Part shown: one piece after another, positions 20,501-30,900 of the stretch
Layout of the letters: each line of letters begins with the position of its first letter
Numbering within the stretch: position 1 is the first letter of the stretch
Assembly (NCBI GenBank): GCA_000146045.2
Contig: BK006948.2
Location: forward strand, 480,001 to 544,000
DNA from: TPA_inf: Saccharomyces
Lineage: Eukaryota
Direction: 5' to 3'
DNA length: 64,000 bases
Translations under genes and position numbers: made by a program
The notes under the pieces: generated by a model
What the model saw: only the letters and a program-made list of their open reading frames with translations
What the model was told of the DNA's origin: nothing
The model's database searches: none

Positions 20501-22452
20501 CAAGAAAACATTTCGGAGTAATTTAGTTTTGCTTTGAACACAAATTCGTTCACTTTATCCATCTGGTAAAATTCGTCGGTGATGTGGTTAGAAGAGATCC
20601 ATATTTCTCCAACAGTGAGGTCTTGCACCAACGTATTCGTATCTGGATTAACCACACATAAAGTGATATCAGGAATTGGGAAGCCAAATGTTTCTAATTT
20701 AAGATAATCTTTGAAGGAGCTTGATGAATTAATCATAGCAGTTATGCTACATTCAACCTCATTAAGCTTCAATTTCTCGCGGTTTATAAACAATTCATTT
20801 TGAAGCCTTAGTTTTGAATTATGTATTGGAAAGTTCTCTAGGTTTCCTAATTGATCTCTTATAGATATAAAGATACCACCAAAGTCCAATAACGTTAACA
20901 TGGGAGAATAACAAAATGGTGCATCAATACATCCTAAATTTTTCAGCCATTTATGAACAACCATCTCGCTTACATCGGTATCTATAGTGGTACATGAGGT
21001 TAAACATGACTTGATGCAACTGAAATCTATTTTGTGCTTCTTGGAAAAAGCTGATTCGGGATTTTCCAAATAATTAATAACTACCTGCTTCAATTGTAGC
21101 TGATCATTCAGTAAAATGTCGGCTCTAAATTTATCAATGATATTTTCATAGCCCCCAGGTCGTTGTAATATACTACTATCGATAGATATCATAAGATTAC
21201 CAGTAAAAAGATTGAAAAGCACACCCATTATCAAACCAGTAGATCTAGTAGGGTCCAGACTATTCAAGATAACAAACCTTGAGTTGGTTGCCATAATTTT
21301 TTTGTGAAATGGCTTCCTGATGCTTTGTGATTTTTGTTTCCAGTGAGGCATTGATCGTGAGTTTAGAATTTTTGTCATCGTTTCAAATTGGTTTATTAAG
21401 ATGTTATGCTTCATGACGACGCCAGAAAGACGACCTAGCGGTGTTCTAGTAAACTCTATATATGAAATATTCGGTATATCAAAGGTAGGCGAAGTTTTTT
21501 TTGCCTTTGTGTACGTCCCTAAGTCATCAGTCTTGACAAATTTGATTTGCTGGAAAACATCGTTCTTAACCAGTTTAACTTTTGAATGATTTGATGACGA
21601 ATACAAGTTATCTAATTGTCTATGACATGCGTTAGAAATCAGAACAAATTTCGAATTTGTTACTTTAATTATCTCAAGGATCTCACGCAGAGAATACGTT
21701 TCGAATGAGACTGGTACAGCTGCCATGCCGGATATGAAACAGCCTAATAATGCAATAGTAAATTCGATGACATCATTTTTATTGTACCATAGTAAAATCT
21801 TATCCATTTTGTAAAGGTGACTCTTATTCAATTCATGTGCTACCCTCTCCGCTTTCAAATAAAGTTTATCCCATGTGATGAACGTTTCTTTGCCTTTAGA
21901 ATTTATGCTGATCATCGCTGTTTGACCATCATAATGTTCAAAGCGTCCCCGTAAAATTAGCGGTAAAGAATCCGTCATTGCTGAGTCTCCACTGCTAGTA
22001 TTTTCGGCTCCAGTGTGTCTTGGTAGTAATGGTATCATAGGATTATAAACGGCATCCTTCACTGAACCGTTTTCATCACTGGAACCTGGCAATGACGATT
22101 GCAAAGAAGCTGTATATCTCTTGCTCCGCCTTCTGGGAGTATTGTTCGCAGAAGTCGAGTTTATAGTTGTGACACGATAGATAGAATGACGTCTGTCAAT
22201 TGAATTAGGTAACGACGTAATGGATGATGCAAGACTTGTATTTCTTCTGTGCAAATGTTTCGACTTTCTCGAATTGGGAGATCGAAGCGGGGTATAAGGC
22301 CTCATTTGGGAGATTTCAAATTTGTCTAGCAATTGTTTTCTTTTGGTCTCATAACCCTTTCTTGTTAGATTTTCATCCTTATAGTCTTGAATTAACTCAT
22401 TTAACCGACTTTGCAGATCTAGAGGTAAGGTAGGAGGAATAGAAAAATCCAT
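17506..22452 (-). CDS. CMR2: Large DIP2-like protein (disco-interacting protein 2 homolog) with tandem degenerate adenylate-forming (fatty acyl-AMP ligase-like) domains
   Basis: 1648-aa uninterrupted minus-strand ORF. Sequence and length match YOR093C/Cmr2 as recalled, and established literature describes Cmr2 as the yeast DIP2 orthologue. I cannot verify the domain boundaries without a profile search. Confidence 0.8.
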   Translation of the reverse strand: MDFSIPPTLPLDLQSRLNELIQDYKDENLTRKGYETKRKQLLDKFEISQMRPYTPLRSPNSRKSKHLHRRNTSLASSITSLPNSIDRRHSIYRVTTINSTSANNTPRRRSKRYTASLQSSLPGSSDENGSVKDAVYNPMIPLLPRHTGAENTSSGDSAMTDSLPLILRGRFEHYDGQTAMISINSKGKETFITWDKLYLKAERVAHELNKSHLYKMDKILLWYNKNDVIEFTIALLGCFISGMAAVPVSFETYSLREILEIIKVTNSKFVLISNACHRQLDNLYSSSNHSKVKLVKNDVFQQIKFVKTDDLGTYTKAKKTSPTFDIPNISYIEFTRTPLGRLSGVVMKHNILINQFETMTKILNSRSMPHWKQKSQSIRKPFHKKIMATNSRFVILNSLDPTRSTGLIMGVLFNLFTGNLMISIDSSILQRPGGYENIIDKFRADILLNDQLQLKQVVINYLENPESAFSKKHKIDFSCIKSCLTSCTTIDTDVSEMVVHKWLKNLGCIDAPFCYSPMLTLLDFGGIFISIRDQLGNLENFPIHNSKLRLQNELFINREKLKLNEVECSITAMINSSSSFKDYLKLETFGFPIPDITLCVVNPDTNTLVQDLTVGEIWISSNHITDEFYQMDKVNEFVFKAKLNYSEMFSWAKYEMPTNEKSQAVTEQLDTILNICPANTYFMRTKLMGFVHNGKIYVLSLIEDMFLQNRLIRLPNWAHTSNLLYAKKGNQSAQPKGNTGAESTKAIDISSLSGETSSGYKRVVESHYLQQITETVVRTVNTVFEVAAFELQHHKEEHFLVMVVESSLAKTEEESKNGETTDTTLMKFAETQRNKLETKMNDLTDQIFRILWIFHKIQPMCILVVPRDTLPRRYCSLELANSTVEKKFLNNDLSAQFVKFQFDNVILDFLPHSAYYNESILSEHLSKLRKMALQEEYAMIEPAYRNGGPVKPKLALQCSGVDYRDESVDTRSHTKLTDFKSILEILEWRISNYGNETAFSDGTNTNLVNSSASNDNNVHKKVSWASFGKIVAGFLKKIVGSKIPLKHGDPIIIMCENSVEYVAMIMACLYCNLLVIPLPSVKESVIEEDLKGLVNIIQSYKVKRVFVDAKLHSLLNDNNVVNKCFKKYKSLIPKITVFSKVKTKNALTVSMFKNVLKQKFGAKPGTRIGMTPCVVWVNTEYDVTSNIHVTMTHSSLLNASKIVKETLQLRNNSPLFSICSHTSGLGFMFSCLLGIYTGASTCLFSLTDVLTDPKEFLIGLQNLNVKDLYLKLETLYALLDRASSLIEGFKNKKENINSAKNNTSGSLREDVFKGVRNIMIPFPNRPRIYTIENILKRYSTISLSCTQISYVYQHHFNPLISLRSYLDIPPVDLYLDPFSLREGIIREVNPNDVSAGNYIKIQDSGVVPVCTDVSVVNPETLLPCVDGEFGEIWCCSEANAFDYFVCNSSKNKLYKDPFITEQFKSKMKSEVNNTLSYLRTGDLGFIKNVSCTNSQGEVVNLNLLFVLGSIHESIEILGLTHFVSDLERTVKDVHSDIGSCLIAKAGGLLVCLIRCKERHNPILGNLTTLIVSELLNKHGVILDLCTFVRTKGISPKNSSMIMEVWAKNRASIMQAWFDQKIQIEAQFGINYGENISIYLLSDYEKDNI

Positions 22453-22794
22453 TGGAGTAACTCAATGCCACACGCTTTTACACAGAACTGAATCACCCTA
22501 ACACCAAGTTTACGGAAGCAAATGTTAAATCTGTTGAAGCTCTTTTGACTACATTATAAACAGAAATAAAACATACTAGAAAGTAATCGGGTTTTGACGA
22601 TTTCATCCATTACCCGTCCGAATGATGGCACTTATAAGATAATGAAGATGTACGCAGCATTAAAACCCTATTTGCAGAAGCATAGTAAGACGCAACGTAC
22701 GCTGAATTAGACTGAGACATTACAGTTGCTTTGACATTGGGAAGATAATTGGGATTTAGAACGGAAAAAAGGAAAAGACAAGCTAATTGTAGAG

Positions 22795-23346
22795 ATGGGC
22801 AATTCAATTTCGAAGGTTCTGGGAAAACTATTTGGCTCGAAAGAAATGAAAATTTTGATGCTAGGCCTGGATAAGGCTGGTAAGACAACAATATTGTACA
22901 AACTAAAATTAAATAAAATAAAGACGTCTACTCCCACTGTCGGTTTTAACGTGGAAACCGTTACTTATAAAAACGTAAAATTCAACATGTGGGATGTAGG
23001 AGGACAACAAAGATTGAGACCTCTCTGGAGACATTATTTTCCAGCCACCACCGCACTTATCTTTGTGATAGATTCTAGTGCTAGAAACCGTATGGAAGAG
23101 GCCAAAGAAGAGTTATATAGTATCATAGGTGAGAAAGAGATGGAGAATGTAGTACTGCTGGTATGGGCAAACAAACAAGATTTGAAAGATGCAATGAAAC
23201 CTCAAGAGGTTTCCGATTTTTTAGAACTGGAGAAAAATTTGAAAAACCAACCTTGGTGTGTCATCGGTAGTAACGCCTTATCCGGACAGGGTCTTGTTGA
23301 AGGATTATCCTGGATTTCGAACAACACAAACGTTCCAAAGAAATAA
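22795..23346 (+). CDS. ARF3: Arf6-like ADP-ribosylation factor GTPase
   Basis: 183-aa ORF with an N-terminal MGxxxSK myristoylation context, a P-loop GLDKAGKT, the WDVGGQ and NKQD motifs. It matches Arf3 (YOR094W). Confidence 0.92.
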   Translation: MGNSISKVLGKLFGSKEMKILMLGLDKAGKTTILYKLKLNKIKTSTPTVGFNVETVTYKNVKFNMWDVGGQQRLRPLWRHYFPATTALIFVIDSSARNRMEEAKEELYSIIGEKEMENVVLLVWANKQDLKDAMKPQEVSDFLELEKNLKNQPWCVIGSNALSGQGLVEGLSWISNNTNVPKK

Positions 23347-23551
23347 ACATTGCATTTATTGGTGTTGAATCTGCATACACCGATTGTTCATCCTTCATTT
23401 TTACTGGATTGTACTTTACTAAAAAGAAAACTTCTGGAAAAAAAACAGTATCCAAATAACTAAATAGCTTTAATAATACAATATAAAAAATGGAGACACT
23501 GTTGTGAAAAGTCAACCTTTACTACGGTTTCTGTCTTTGCCTTTGATCTGC

Positions 23552-24328
23552 TCACTTTTCGGTAACTTCAACACTACCGTCAGAATTACCGAAGTAGGCT
23601 TTTGAAGCGTTGTCGATGAATAAACCTGTTTCCACCACGCCCACTAACAGTTTGATTTCTCTATGCAATTTTCTTGGATCGGAAATTTCACCGAAATCCG
23701 CATCGATAATGAAGTTATTATTGTCAGTTACAACAGGACCTGCTTTAGCAGAACCTCCTTGTCTGATGTCAACTTTTTCAGCATGCAATTGTTCTAATAG
23801 ATCATTCTTGACCCTCACGTATGAGGAAGGTACAATTTCAATGGGAACACCTTGCCTCCAGTTCTTACCTAAATGTTTTGGTGACTTTTTTCTTGAATCA
23901 GCAACGACAATGAAGGTTTTAGCACTAGTACTAACCAATTTTTCTTGAAATAGACAAGCACCACCACCTTTAATTAATTGTAAATTCTCATCCACTTCAT
24001 CAGCACCGTCAAACGCTATATCAATGCGAGGATACTGTTCAATGGAGCCTAATTGCAACTTGTTATCCAAAATCAAGTTTCTTGATTGGAATCCTGTTGG
24101 AATGCAAATGAATTTAGACGCTACTTCATAAAATTTAGGGTCATGCAAATATTGTCCAATTCTTTCGGCAACATAAACCACTGTGCTACCACTACCAATT
24201 CCAATAATTTTGTGATCATCAAATTTTAAATTTTCATCAACTGCTCTGTATGCTGCAGCTCTCTTGGCATCCTCCAAAGGATTGCCCAAAGATTCTAACG
24301 CATCAATTTTTGGGACACCGGCAGCCAT
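23552..24328 (-). CDS. RKI1: Ribose-5-phosphate ketol-isomerase (RpiA family)
   Basis: 258-aa ORF with RpiA motifs ([20 protein letters not shown]). It matches Rki1 (YOR095C). A PAC-RRPE-PAC promoter module lies 250-275 bp upstream. Confidence 0.92.
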   Translation of the reverse strand: MAAGVPKIDALESLGNPLEDAKRAAAYRAVDENLKFDDHKIIGIGSGSTVVYVAERIGQYLHDPKFYEVASKFICIPTGFQSRNLILDNKLQLGSIEQYPRIDIAFDGADEVDENLQLIKGGGACLFQEKLVSTSAKTFIVVADSRKKSPKHLGKNWRQGVPIEIVPSSYVRVKNDLLEQLHAEKVDIRQGGSAKAGPVVTDNNNFIIDADFGEISDPRKLHREIKLLVGVVETGLFIDNASKAYFGNSDGSVEVTEK

Positions 24329-24573
24329 TTCTTTCCTATGTTGTATTTATATGAGGTTGCAGTATGCGGTAACCAAGTTTATGTAACACGATGTTGTTAA
24401 TTTTCTACAAGAGAAAAGAACGTCCCAGTACAAAGAGAATAAATTGCATGTAATAAATTGAAACAGTTTCACACTGCAACGCAAGCCGTACATATATTAT
24501 ATTATCCAAAGCGTACGTAAACTGACACCCAATTACGAACCAGATGAAATTTCACCGAGTTAATCGCTTTTCC

Positions 24574-24604
24574 CTCATCGCAAAAAAATTTTTCAACTCA
24601 TCGC
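24574..24604 (-). promoter_or_regulatory. PAC - RRPE - PAC ribosome-biogenesis promoter module upstream of RKI1
   Basis: On the plus strand the sequence reads CTCATCGC-AAAAAAATTTTT-CAA-CTCATCGC. This is two reverse complements of the PAC core GCGATGAG (24574-24581 and 24597-24604) flanking a perfect RRPE AAAAATTTT (24582-24593). The motifs are in the forward orientation relative to the minus-strand RKI1 gene. Confidence 0.75.
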
Positions 24605-25293
24605 GACTTTTCACTGCCTCGGCCACAAGCAATCTGGGCCATGCCATTACTCCCATTAGCCCGAAAAAAAGAGGGGGTATGAAGCTAGTACATCATTATA
24701 ACAAGTACTAAACTCAATTAATTCACTTACGAGACTTATACCAACGCTGGTTGATATACCACATTTGGCAGCATCCAAGGTTTCTCGTAAAATAGCTATA
24801 GTGTGGCGGACTTACCGGATGTCATTGTATAATCTTTTATAGAAAAAGGCTTTCTGAAATTTGAACATGACTAATTAACGCATATCAGGTGGGTAATCTT
24901 TCCGCAATACTATAACTTTGCTAGAAGTTATGTAAACGTTTTAGTTTACAAGAGAAAGTTTTGTGAACATTATCAGTGCCAAAACAGAAGCGGTATTACG
25001 ATCGAAAATGCCAAATAAGACCGTCCGATGCCCCTTTCTTCTGCTACTCGTGATCTCACCGGCAGATAATGATTGAGTAATATCATGAATCTCTCCAAGA
25101 AACAATACTCAACTTAATGCGTTCGCAAACTGCTATTAGAATAAAAATAATGTTTCAAAAATAACGATCTTGATGTCTATACCAACCATGCATGATTTCC
25201 TATTGTGCGTGCCTTATTTACGCACGTTTTTCAACATACGGCTCTATCACCGAAGGCGCTCAAGAGCAGAATAATATGACCGTCATTCATTTC

Positions 25294-25330
25294 AAACCCA
25301 TACACAATGAACCTTATCACACCCAAACAT
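25294..25330 (+). promoter_or_regulatory. Two Rap1-type UAS(rpg) sites in the RPS7A promoter
   Basis: AAACCCATACACA (25294-25306) and ACACCCAAACATA (25318-25330) both resemble the Rap1 consensus ACACCCRYACAYM. They lie about 460-500 bp upstream of the RPS7A ATG, which is the typical placement for ribosomal protein genes. Confidence 0.65.
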
Positions 25331-25793
25331 ATGATATGGTATTAAAAAATGAAAAAAATTCATTATTCTTTAGCGTAATTATTGAAGAAAAAACAGTGCG
25401 CGCGGTAATTTTTTGTCACTCAGTAACTAGAGAGAAGCCGAATGTACTCCCCCGGCTAGCTGGAGACCATGGCTCTGCCTAGGATTTCTCTTATGCTTTC
25501 CTTTCACCAATCACTTTGTTCCGGCGAGGCCCGCGAAGCTCGCTTTCTTTCAGCCTAGCAATCATGTTCTTGCCAGCGTCGTAGACTACTGTATGGCAGT
25601 TGCTGCACTTGCCATGAATATCCTAGTGAAGCCTCTATGCAATAATCCAGTTACTGCGTTAGAATCCTGGTAAAATGTCTAATCTTATTACATTACAGCA
25701 ACGTATTAGATTTTGATTGAAAATTAGTCCTTGCGACTTGGTATATATCTTATTTTAAGAAAGCTGAAAGGAAGAAAGATCATCACGAACAAC

Positions 25794-25937
25794 ATGTCTG
25801 CTCCACAAGCCAAGATTTTGTCTCAAGCTCCAACTGAATTGGAATTACAAGTTGCTCAAGCTTTCGTTGAATTGGAAAATTCTTCTCCAGAATTGAAAGC
25901 TGAGTTGAGACCTTTGCAATTCAAGTCCATCAGAGAA
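25794..25937 (+). CDS. RPS7A: Ribosomal protein eS7, exon 1
   Basis: ATG at 25794 encodes MSAPQAKILSQAPTELELQ...FKSIRE (48 codons). The exon ends immediately before the GTATGT 5' splice site. Confidence 0.9.
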
Positions 25938-26337
25938 GTATGTTATTAATTTGAATCTAAACTTAAGAATAATGGAGAGTAACAAAGGAAAAAAGTGTGA
26001 ACGGGACGATACCAGAATGTTTCAATCTAGAAAAGTATAAAAGATAAGGACTAGGACTCAAATGTATTTGGCTGACTATCGCCTGAACCTTGATGCTAAG
26101 CAAATACCATATCTTCAAGAAAAAGCCTACTCCAGTGTTTAAGAAGAAGGGAACGATTTACTAGATCATGCTATACGCAGTAAGGTTCTGATAGTTAATT
26201 ACAATCGGTCCAAGTTCTAAGCGGTGTCGTCCATGCATATATCATTTACAAGTTACTGGCGTCAACTCTTCAAATATTCAAAATATCACCTAATCAAACT
26301 TACTAACATTTTCCTTTTTTGTTTTCCTTCTTTTATA
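25938..26337 (+). other. RPS7A: Spliceosomal intron of RPS7A (400 nt)
   Basis: The 5' splice site GTATGT is at 25938-25943. The branchpoint TACTAAC is at 26300-26306. A poly-pyrimidine tract follows, and the TAG 3' splice site ends at 26337. Confidence 0.88.
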
Positions 26338-26767
26338 GATCGACGTTGCTGGTGGTAAGAAGGCTTTGGCCATTTTTGTTCCAGTCCCATCTTTGGCTGG
26401 TTTCCACAAGGTTCAAACTAAGTTGACCCGTGAATTGGAAAAGAAATTCCAAGACCGTCATGTCATCTTCTTGGCTGAAAGAAGAATCTTGCCAAAGCCA
26501 TCTAGAACATCTAGACAAGTCCAAAAGAGACCAAGATCCAGAACCTTGACTGCTGTTCATGACAAGATCTTGGAAGACTTAGTCTTCCCAACTGAAATCG
26601 TTGGTAAGAGAGTTAGATATTTGGTTGGTGGTAACAAGATCCAAAAGGTTTTGTTAGACTCAAAGGATGTCCAACAAATCGACTACAAATTGGAATCTTT
26701 CCAAGCTGTTTACAACAAATTGACTGGTAAGCAAATTGTTTTCGAAATTCCAAGTGAAACTCATTAG
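26338..26767 (+). CDS. RPS7A: Ribosomal protein eS7, exon 2
   Basis: It continues in frame as [17 protein letters not shown]... and ends ...FEIPSETH-stop. The spliced product is 190 aa and matches yeast Rps7A (YOR096W). Confidence 0.9.
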
Positions 26768-26977
26768 TTAATATAATAATATCTAAATCTTTATTATTAG
26801 TTAGTAACAACTTTGTTTATTTTATAGCACAATAAGATAATAAAAACTCCAAATTCCAAAAAAAAATACTTTTTGCAAAGATCTGAATCAAATAAATTTT
26901 ATGACAACTATGCATAGTTACATACTTTTTCACCGCCGTATGATTGCCGCTAAATCGACAGGTTGCCATACAAACAT

Positions 26978-27505
26978 TTATTTATGTCGTGCCATGTTTA
27001 TAAAATTTTCGTATCTGTTGGAGTTAGATAAGCCTACGCTTGATGGACCGTTGGGTGGCTTTCTAAGTGAGCTCGTGCCATCACAATTAATATAAGGAAT
27101 TGTAGATGTTTCTTTCGTTATAGGTATTTCAAAATAATTATAAGAACCTACGCCCTCGTCTTTCTCCATTGGAACAGTTGCCGTTTTCGCAGTTCTTTTT
27201 GGTTCAGTCCTCATATCATGTGATTCCCCTGGCTCTCCTGATCTTTTTATACTTACTTTGAAATCGTCATATGTGTATTTCTTTGATGCAACTCCGATAA
27301 CGAAGACAATGCTTCCAATAATAACTAAGAATTTGCATACCGTTATTAAACCTACCAAAAGTTTACCTATAAGCTTCTGTAATATTGGCCCCATCATTGT
27401 TGTGAATACGCACCCTACCAAAAATGATGGGAAATCCAGCACAATACTGCCAGGCCCACTACCTATTGTAATTTTCCATCGTAACCAATCCCTTTTCAAA
27501 TCCAT
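26978..27505 (-). CDS. YOR097C: Small uncharacterised membrane protein
   Basis: 175-aa ATG-initiated minus-strand ORF with a strongly hydrophobic central segment (LVGLITVCKFLVIIGSIVFVIGV). It matches the uncharacterised ORF YOR097C as recalled. Its function is unknown. Confidence 0.7.
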   Translation of the reverse strand: MDLKRDWLRWKITIGSGPGSIVLDFPSFLVGCVFTTMMGPILQKLIGKLLVGLITVCKFLVIIGSIVFVIGVASKKYTYDDFKVSIKRSGEPGESHDMRTEPKRTAKTATVPMEKDEGVGSYNYFEIPITKETSTIPYINCDGTSSLRKPPNGPSSVGLSNSNRYENFINMARHK

Positions 27506-27947
27506 CCGTGACTTCTATGTCTCGTTACTTTCACAGCGTGTGGAGCTACTAGAAAAGTGGCAAAGCTAAACAGCTGATCGAAGTAAACAGAAAAGAACAC
27601 TAATTGTAGATCAGGCTGTGTACTAGACCTTATTTTACTGTATTTTTTCGGAAAGAAAAAAGGAGCGCTTTGCAGATCGAAAGTTTCGCTCGTAAATTAT
27701 TTGTAAGATGCTATTCATAATATGTTAACTGAGAGAAACCAGGTCAAAACAAAACAATTTTGGGCTCTTGCCTCCAAATTTGCCTACCCTAGAACAGGTA
27801 TCCATTATCTCGCCTGTACCCGATTAAAAAAAAGACCAATTATTTAAAACTTCTCAAGAAGTTTCATATGCAGTGTATAAGTTGAAGGAATATAGGAATA
27901 TATATCCTTCAGAAAAGCAACACAATACCTAATTACATAACCGATAT

Positions 27948-30900
27948 TTACCTTTTAGAGTGCCTCATTCTTGCAATCTTTCTGTTCGCCATAACACCAC
28001 CGCCCATGCTCATGCCATTATTTGTTCCCATCCCCATCTGATTAGGGGCTGACTGCGGCTGCCCAAAAGAAGTTGTCGGCACACCACCTGCCCCCCCAAA
28101 AATGGATGATGGATTTGTTACGTTTGAATTGGAACCAGAGGCAGCATTCGCACCAAATATATCACTTGGCCTTAATGCATTGGTCGCGGTATTAGTAATT
28201 CCGCCATTCAATCCGCTAAAATTAATATTAGGAACTGTTGATGGCGTGAATGAGCTGTTTGTATTGAAAGATGGGGTTTGCGATTGATGTGGTTGGTTAT
28301 TAGAGCCGGCAAACACCGTATTAGCATTAGTGTTGCCGTTCATATTAAATACAGAGCCGCCACCAGGCGTTGAATTATTTCCCGTAAAATTAAAAGCAGA
28401 GGGAACATTGACATTTTGTGCATTCGTGGAAGGAGGTTTATTGAATAAACCAGCATTAGCATTAGTTGACGAAGTTGCTGATGTAAAAGGATTGAGACCC
28501 CCTGCACCATTGTTTCCAAAATTAAATGAAGATTGATTAGAAGCTGCACCAGTTGCTGCTGTTCCTGAGCTCGAAAAGCCAAATGCCGAGCCCGCTCCAT
28601 TCGTATTGCCACTAGCGATACTTTGATCCGGTTTTCCTACGTTAAATGTACCCGCTATATTGGTTCCTGAGGTATTGGAAGTAGTAGTTGTGCCGTTACC
28701 AGTAGCAGGGGCGTTAAACGAGAATGATGTGGAGTTTGCTGAGGCATTGGTACCATTGGTGTTAGCAGTACCGAATGAAAATGCAGATTTAGATGTTGTA
28801 TTACCAGTAGCGTCTGTTGGCTTACCCAAGACAGGAATCGGCGTTGAGGAAGCAGAACCATCGAAGAAAGAAGTTGGAGAGTTTGACTTTTCTTTATTGT
28901 GATTGAACTTTGTAAAGGAAAAGCCATTTGATAGCTTCTCCGTATTTGCTGCCGCTGTACTTGCTGTCGACTTCATCGACTCGGGAGCCCCAAAACTAAA
29001 AGATGGTTTTGTGCTAGTGGTTGTTGTATTATTTGTTGTGGAACCGCCAAAGGTGAAAGATGGCGGTGTAGGTCTTTTATCTGTCTCATTAGCAGGAGGT
29101 TTAGTGAAAGAAAATGAGGTGTTAGAGCCTGGTGGTTCTTTAGCTGCATCTGACTTACCAAATGAAAACAATGGCTTTGGTTGTGAGGTTTTTGAAGACG
29201 CAAACGTAAAGGAGGGCTTTTTAGGTTCCGAAACAACAGATGAATCTTTTTGAGCAGGTTCAGTAAAAGAAAAAGTTGGCTTGAGAGTCTTATCATCCGT
29301 CGGTGCTTGAACATCAACAGGCTTGCCCGGAAACGAAAACGAGGGTTTAGCTGCTTCGTTTGAAATTGGACTACTCTTACGTTCCTCCTCTGACTTAGAG
29401 AAAGAGAATGTAGGTTTCGCACTTCCCTCAGAGATCTTATTTTCACTTGTTGACTGCCCAAAAGTAAAAGTAGGCTTCTTGACTATTGTGGCAGGTGTCT
29501 CAGATGGTTTGGTGTGTGTTTCTTTCGCGGTGGCGGCTTTACCAAAGGTAAATTGTGCAGAGGAGTCAATATTGCTTGTTACATCAGCTTTTTTTCCGAA
29601 TGTAAATAATGGTGTACCTTCAGCTTGCTTATCACTTGCACCAAAGACAAAGCTTGGTTTCCCTGATGCGTCCTTTTCTGACTCTCCCTTTTTGGTCTCC
29701 TTTTGATCACCGGTCTTGCCGAAATCGAATAAAGGCTTGGTGTTTGTATCCTCGCTAACAGGTAAACGCCTTTTTCTTTTGGGCTCATTTTCATCATCAC
29801 CTTCATCACCATTCTCTTCTTGTTTACCAAAAGAAAATATTGGAGCAGTTGATTTTGGAGGCGCGTCTGATTCTGTATGATTTTCACTTTTTTCGGATGT
29901 CTTTCCAAATTTAAAAGGTTGACTGGCAGAAGTAACGGTATCTGATTTACCACCAAAATTGAATAAAGTTGTGGAAGGGACAGTATTGTCGACAGCCTTA
30001 GTTTTATTAGCCTTTTGGCTAAAATTGAATGATAAGGTAGGCGCCTCGGCAGTTTTCGTTGACTTATCGGTTTTTCCCATTTCTACACTCGATTTAAAGA
30101 CTGCACCTGCAGAAGAAGTTGCCTTAGGAGAAGTTTTCTTAGATGGAGTCTCATTGTCCTTGATAAAGTCAAAACCTACGGTGGGCAAAACAATACTTTC
30201 TTTGTCCTTTTTGGGCTCAATATTTTTCTTTAACGTAGGCGTACCAGAGCGCTCTGAATTGGGAACAAAGCTCTCCTGAATAGGGGCAGTTTTTGCAACT
30301 GTGGAAGCTGGTCCTTTTAAAAGTAGATTTTTTTGAGGATTCGATAACCTATTAGAGTTGATGTCTGCACGTAGGTCTTCAATTTCGCTTGTCAGGTTAG
30401 GGCCTGTAGCCAGATTGCCATTTGAAATACTACTCTTAATATTATTTCTATTCTCGCTTGTCTTCTGATCACCGCCAGCGTTACCTTCCTTATCCTTGTT
30501 ATCCTTTTTTTGTATAGCGTCATATTCTGACAAATCATATTCAAAATTTGCTGACCACACGGTCCCCTTTGACTGACTATGAAACCTTTTTCTATTGGAT
30601 CTATTTTTCAATGATTTGAGAATGGGTAGTCCAACATTGGTGTCTTCACCGCTTTTTCCGGCCAACTGCCTAGTGCAAGAACCGTTTTTAATAGGGGAAG
30701 GAGTAGATGATGTGCATAGGTACGATCCTCCCTCATCGCTTTTACTTTGAGAGCCCAATATAACCGACGATGTAATAGATGGAAATTCAGTTGATTGAAT
30801 TAATCCAAGCTCACGCATATTTCTCACCCTCTGCTTCTCCCTTAATAACCTCAGTCTTTGAATGGGCAAAATTGGCAAAAGCGGCGGTCTCTCAGTGTTT

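Noticed and set aside
24329-25793. 1.4-kb gene-free interval between RKI1 and RPS7A, examined for a hidden snoRNA or small gene (e.g. ORF 25192..25482, 96 aa)
   Set aside because: I found no convincing C/D (RUGAUGA...CUGA) or H/ACA box arrangement. The 96-aa ORF has a non-conserved-looking composition and overlaps the Rap1 UAS region of RPS7A. The interval is explained by two divergent promoters (RKI1 PAC/RRPE and RPS7A Rap1 sites).
28102-29956. About ten 60-160-aa ORFs on both strands inside NUP1 (e.g. 28973..29461 minus, 29323..29706 plus, 28903..29253 plus)
   Set aside because: They are shadows of the FXFG-repeat coding sequence. The periodic codon usage keeps alternative frames open. Their compositions (runs of L/Q/N, or V/G/E) are not protein-like, and all lie wholly inside the well-supported NUP1 ORF.
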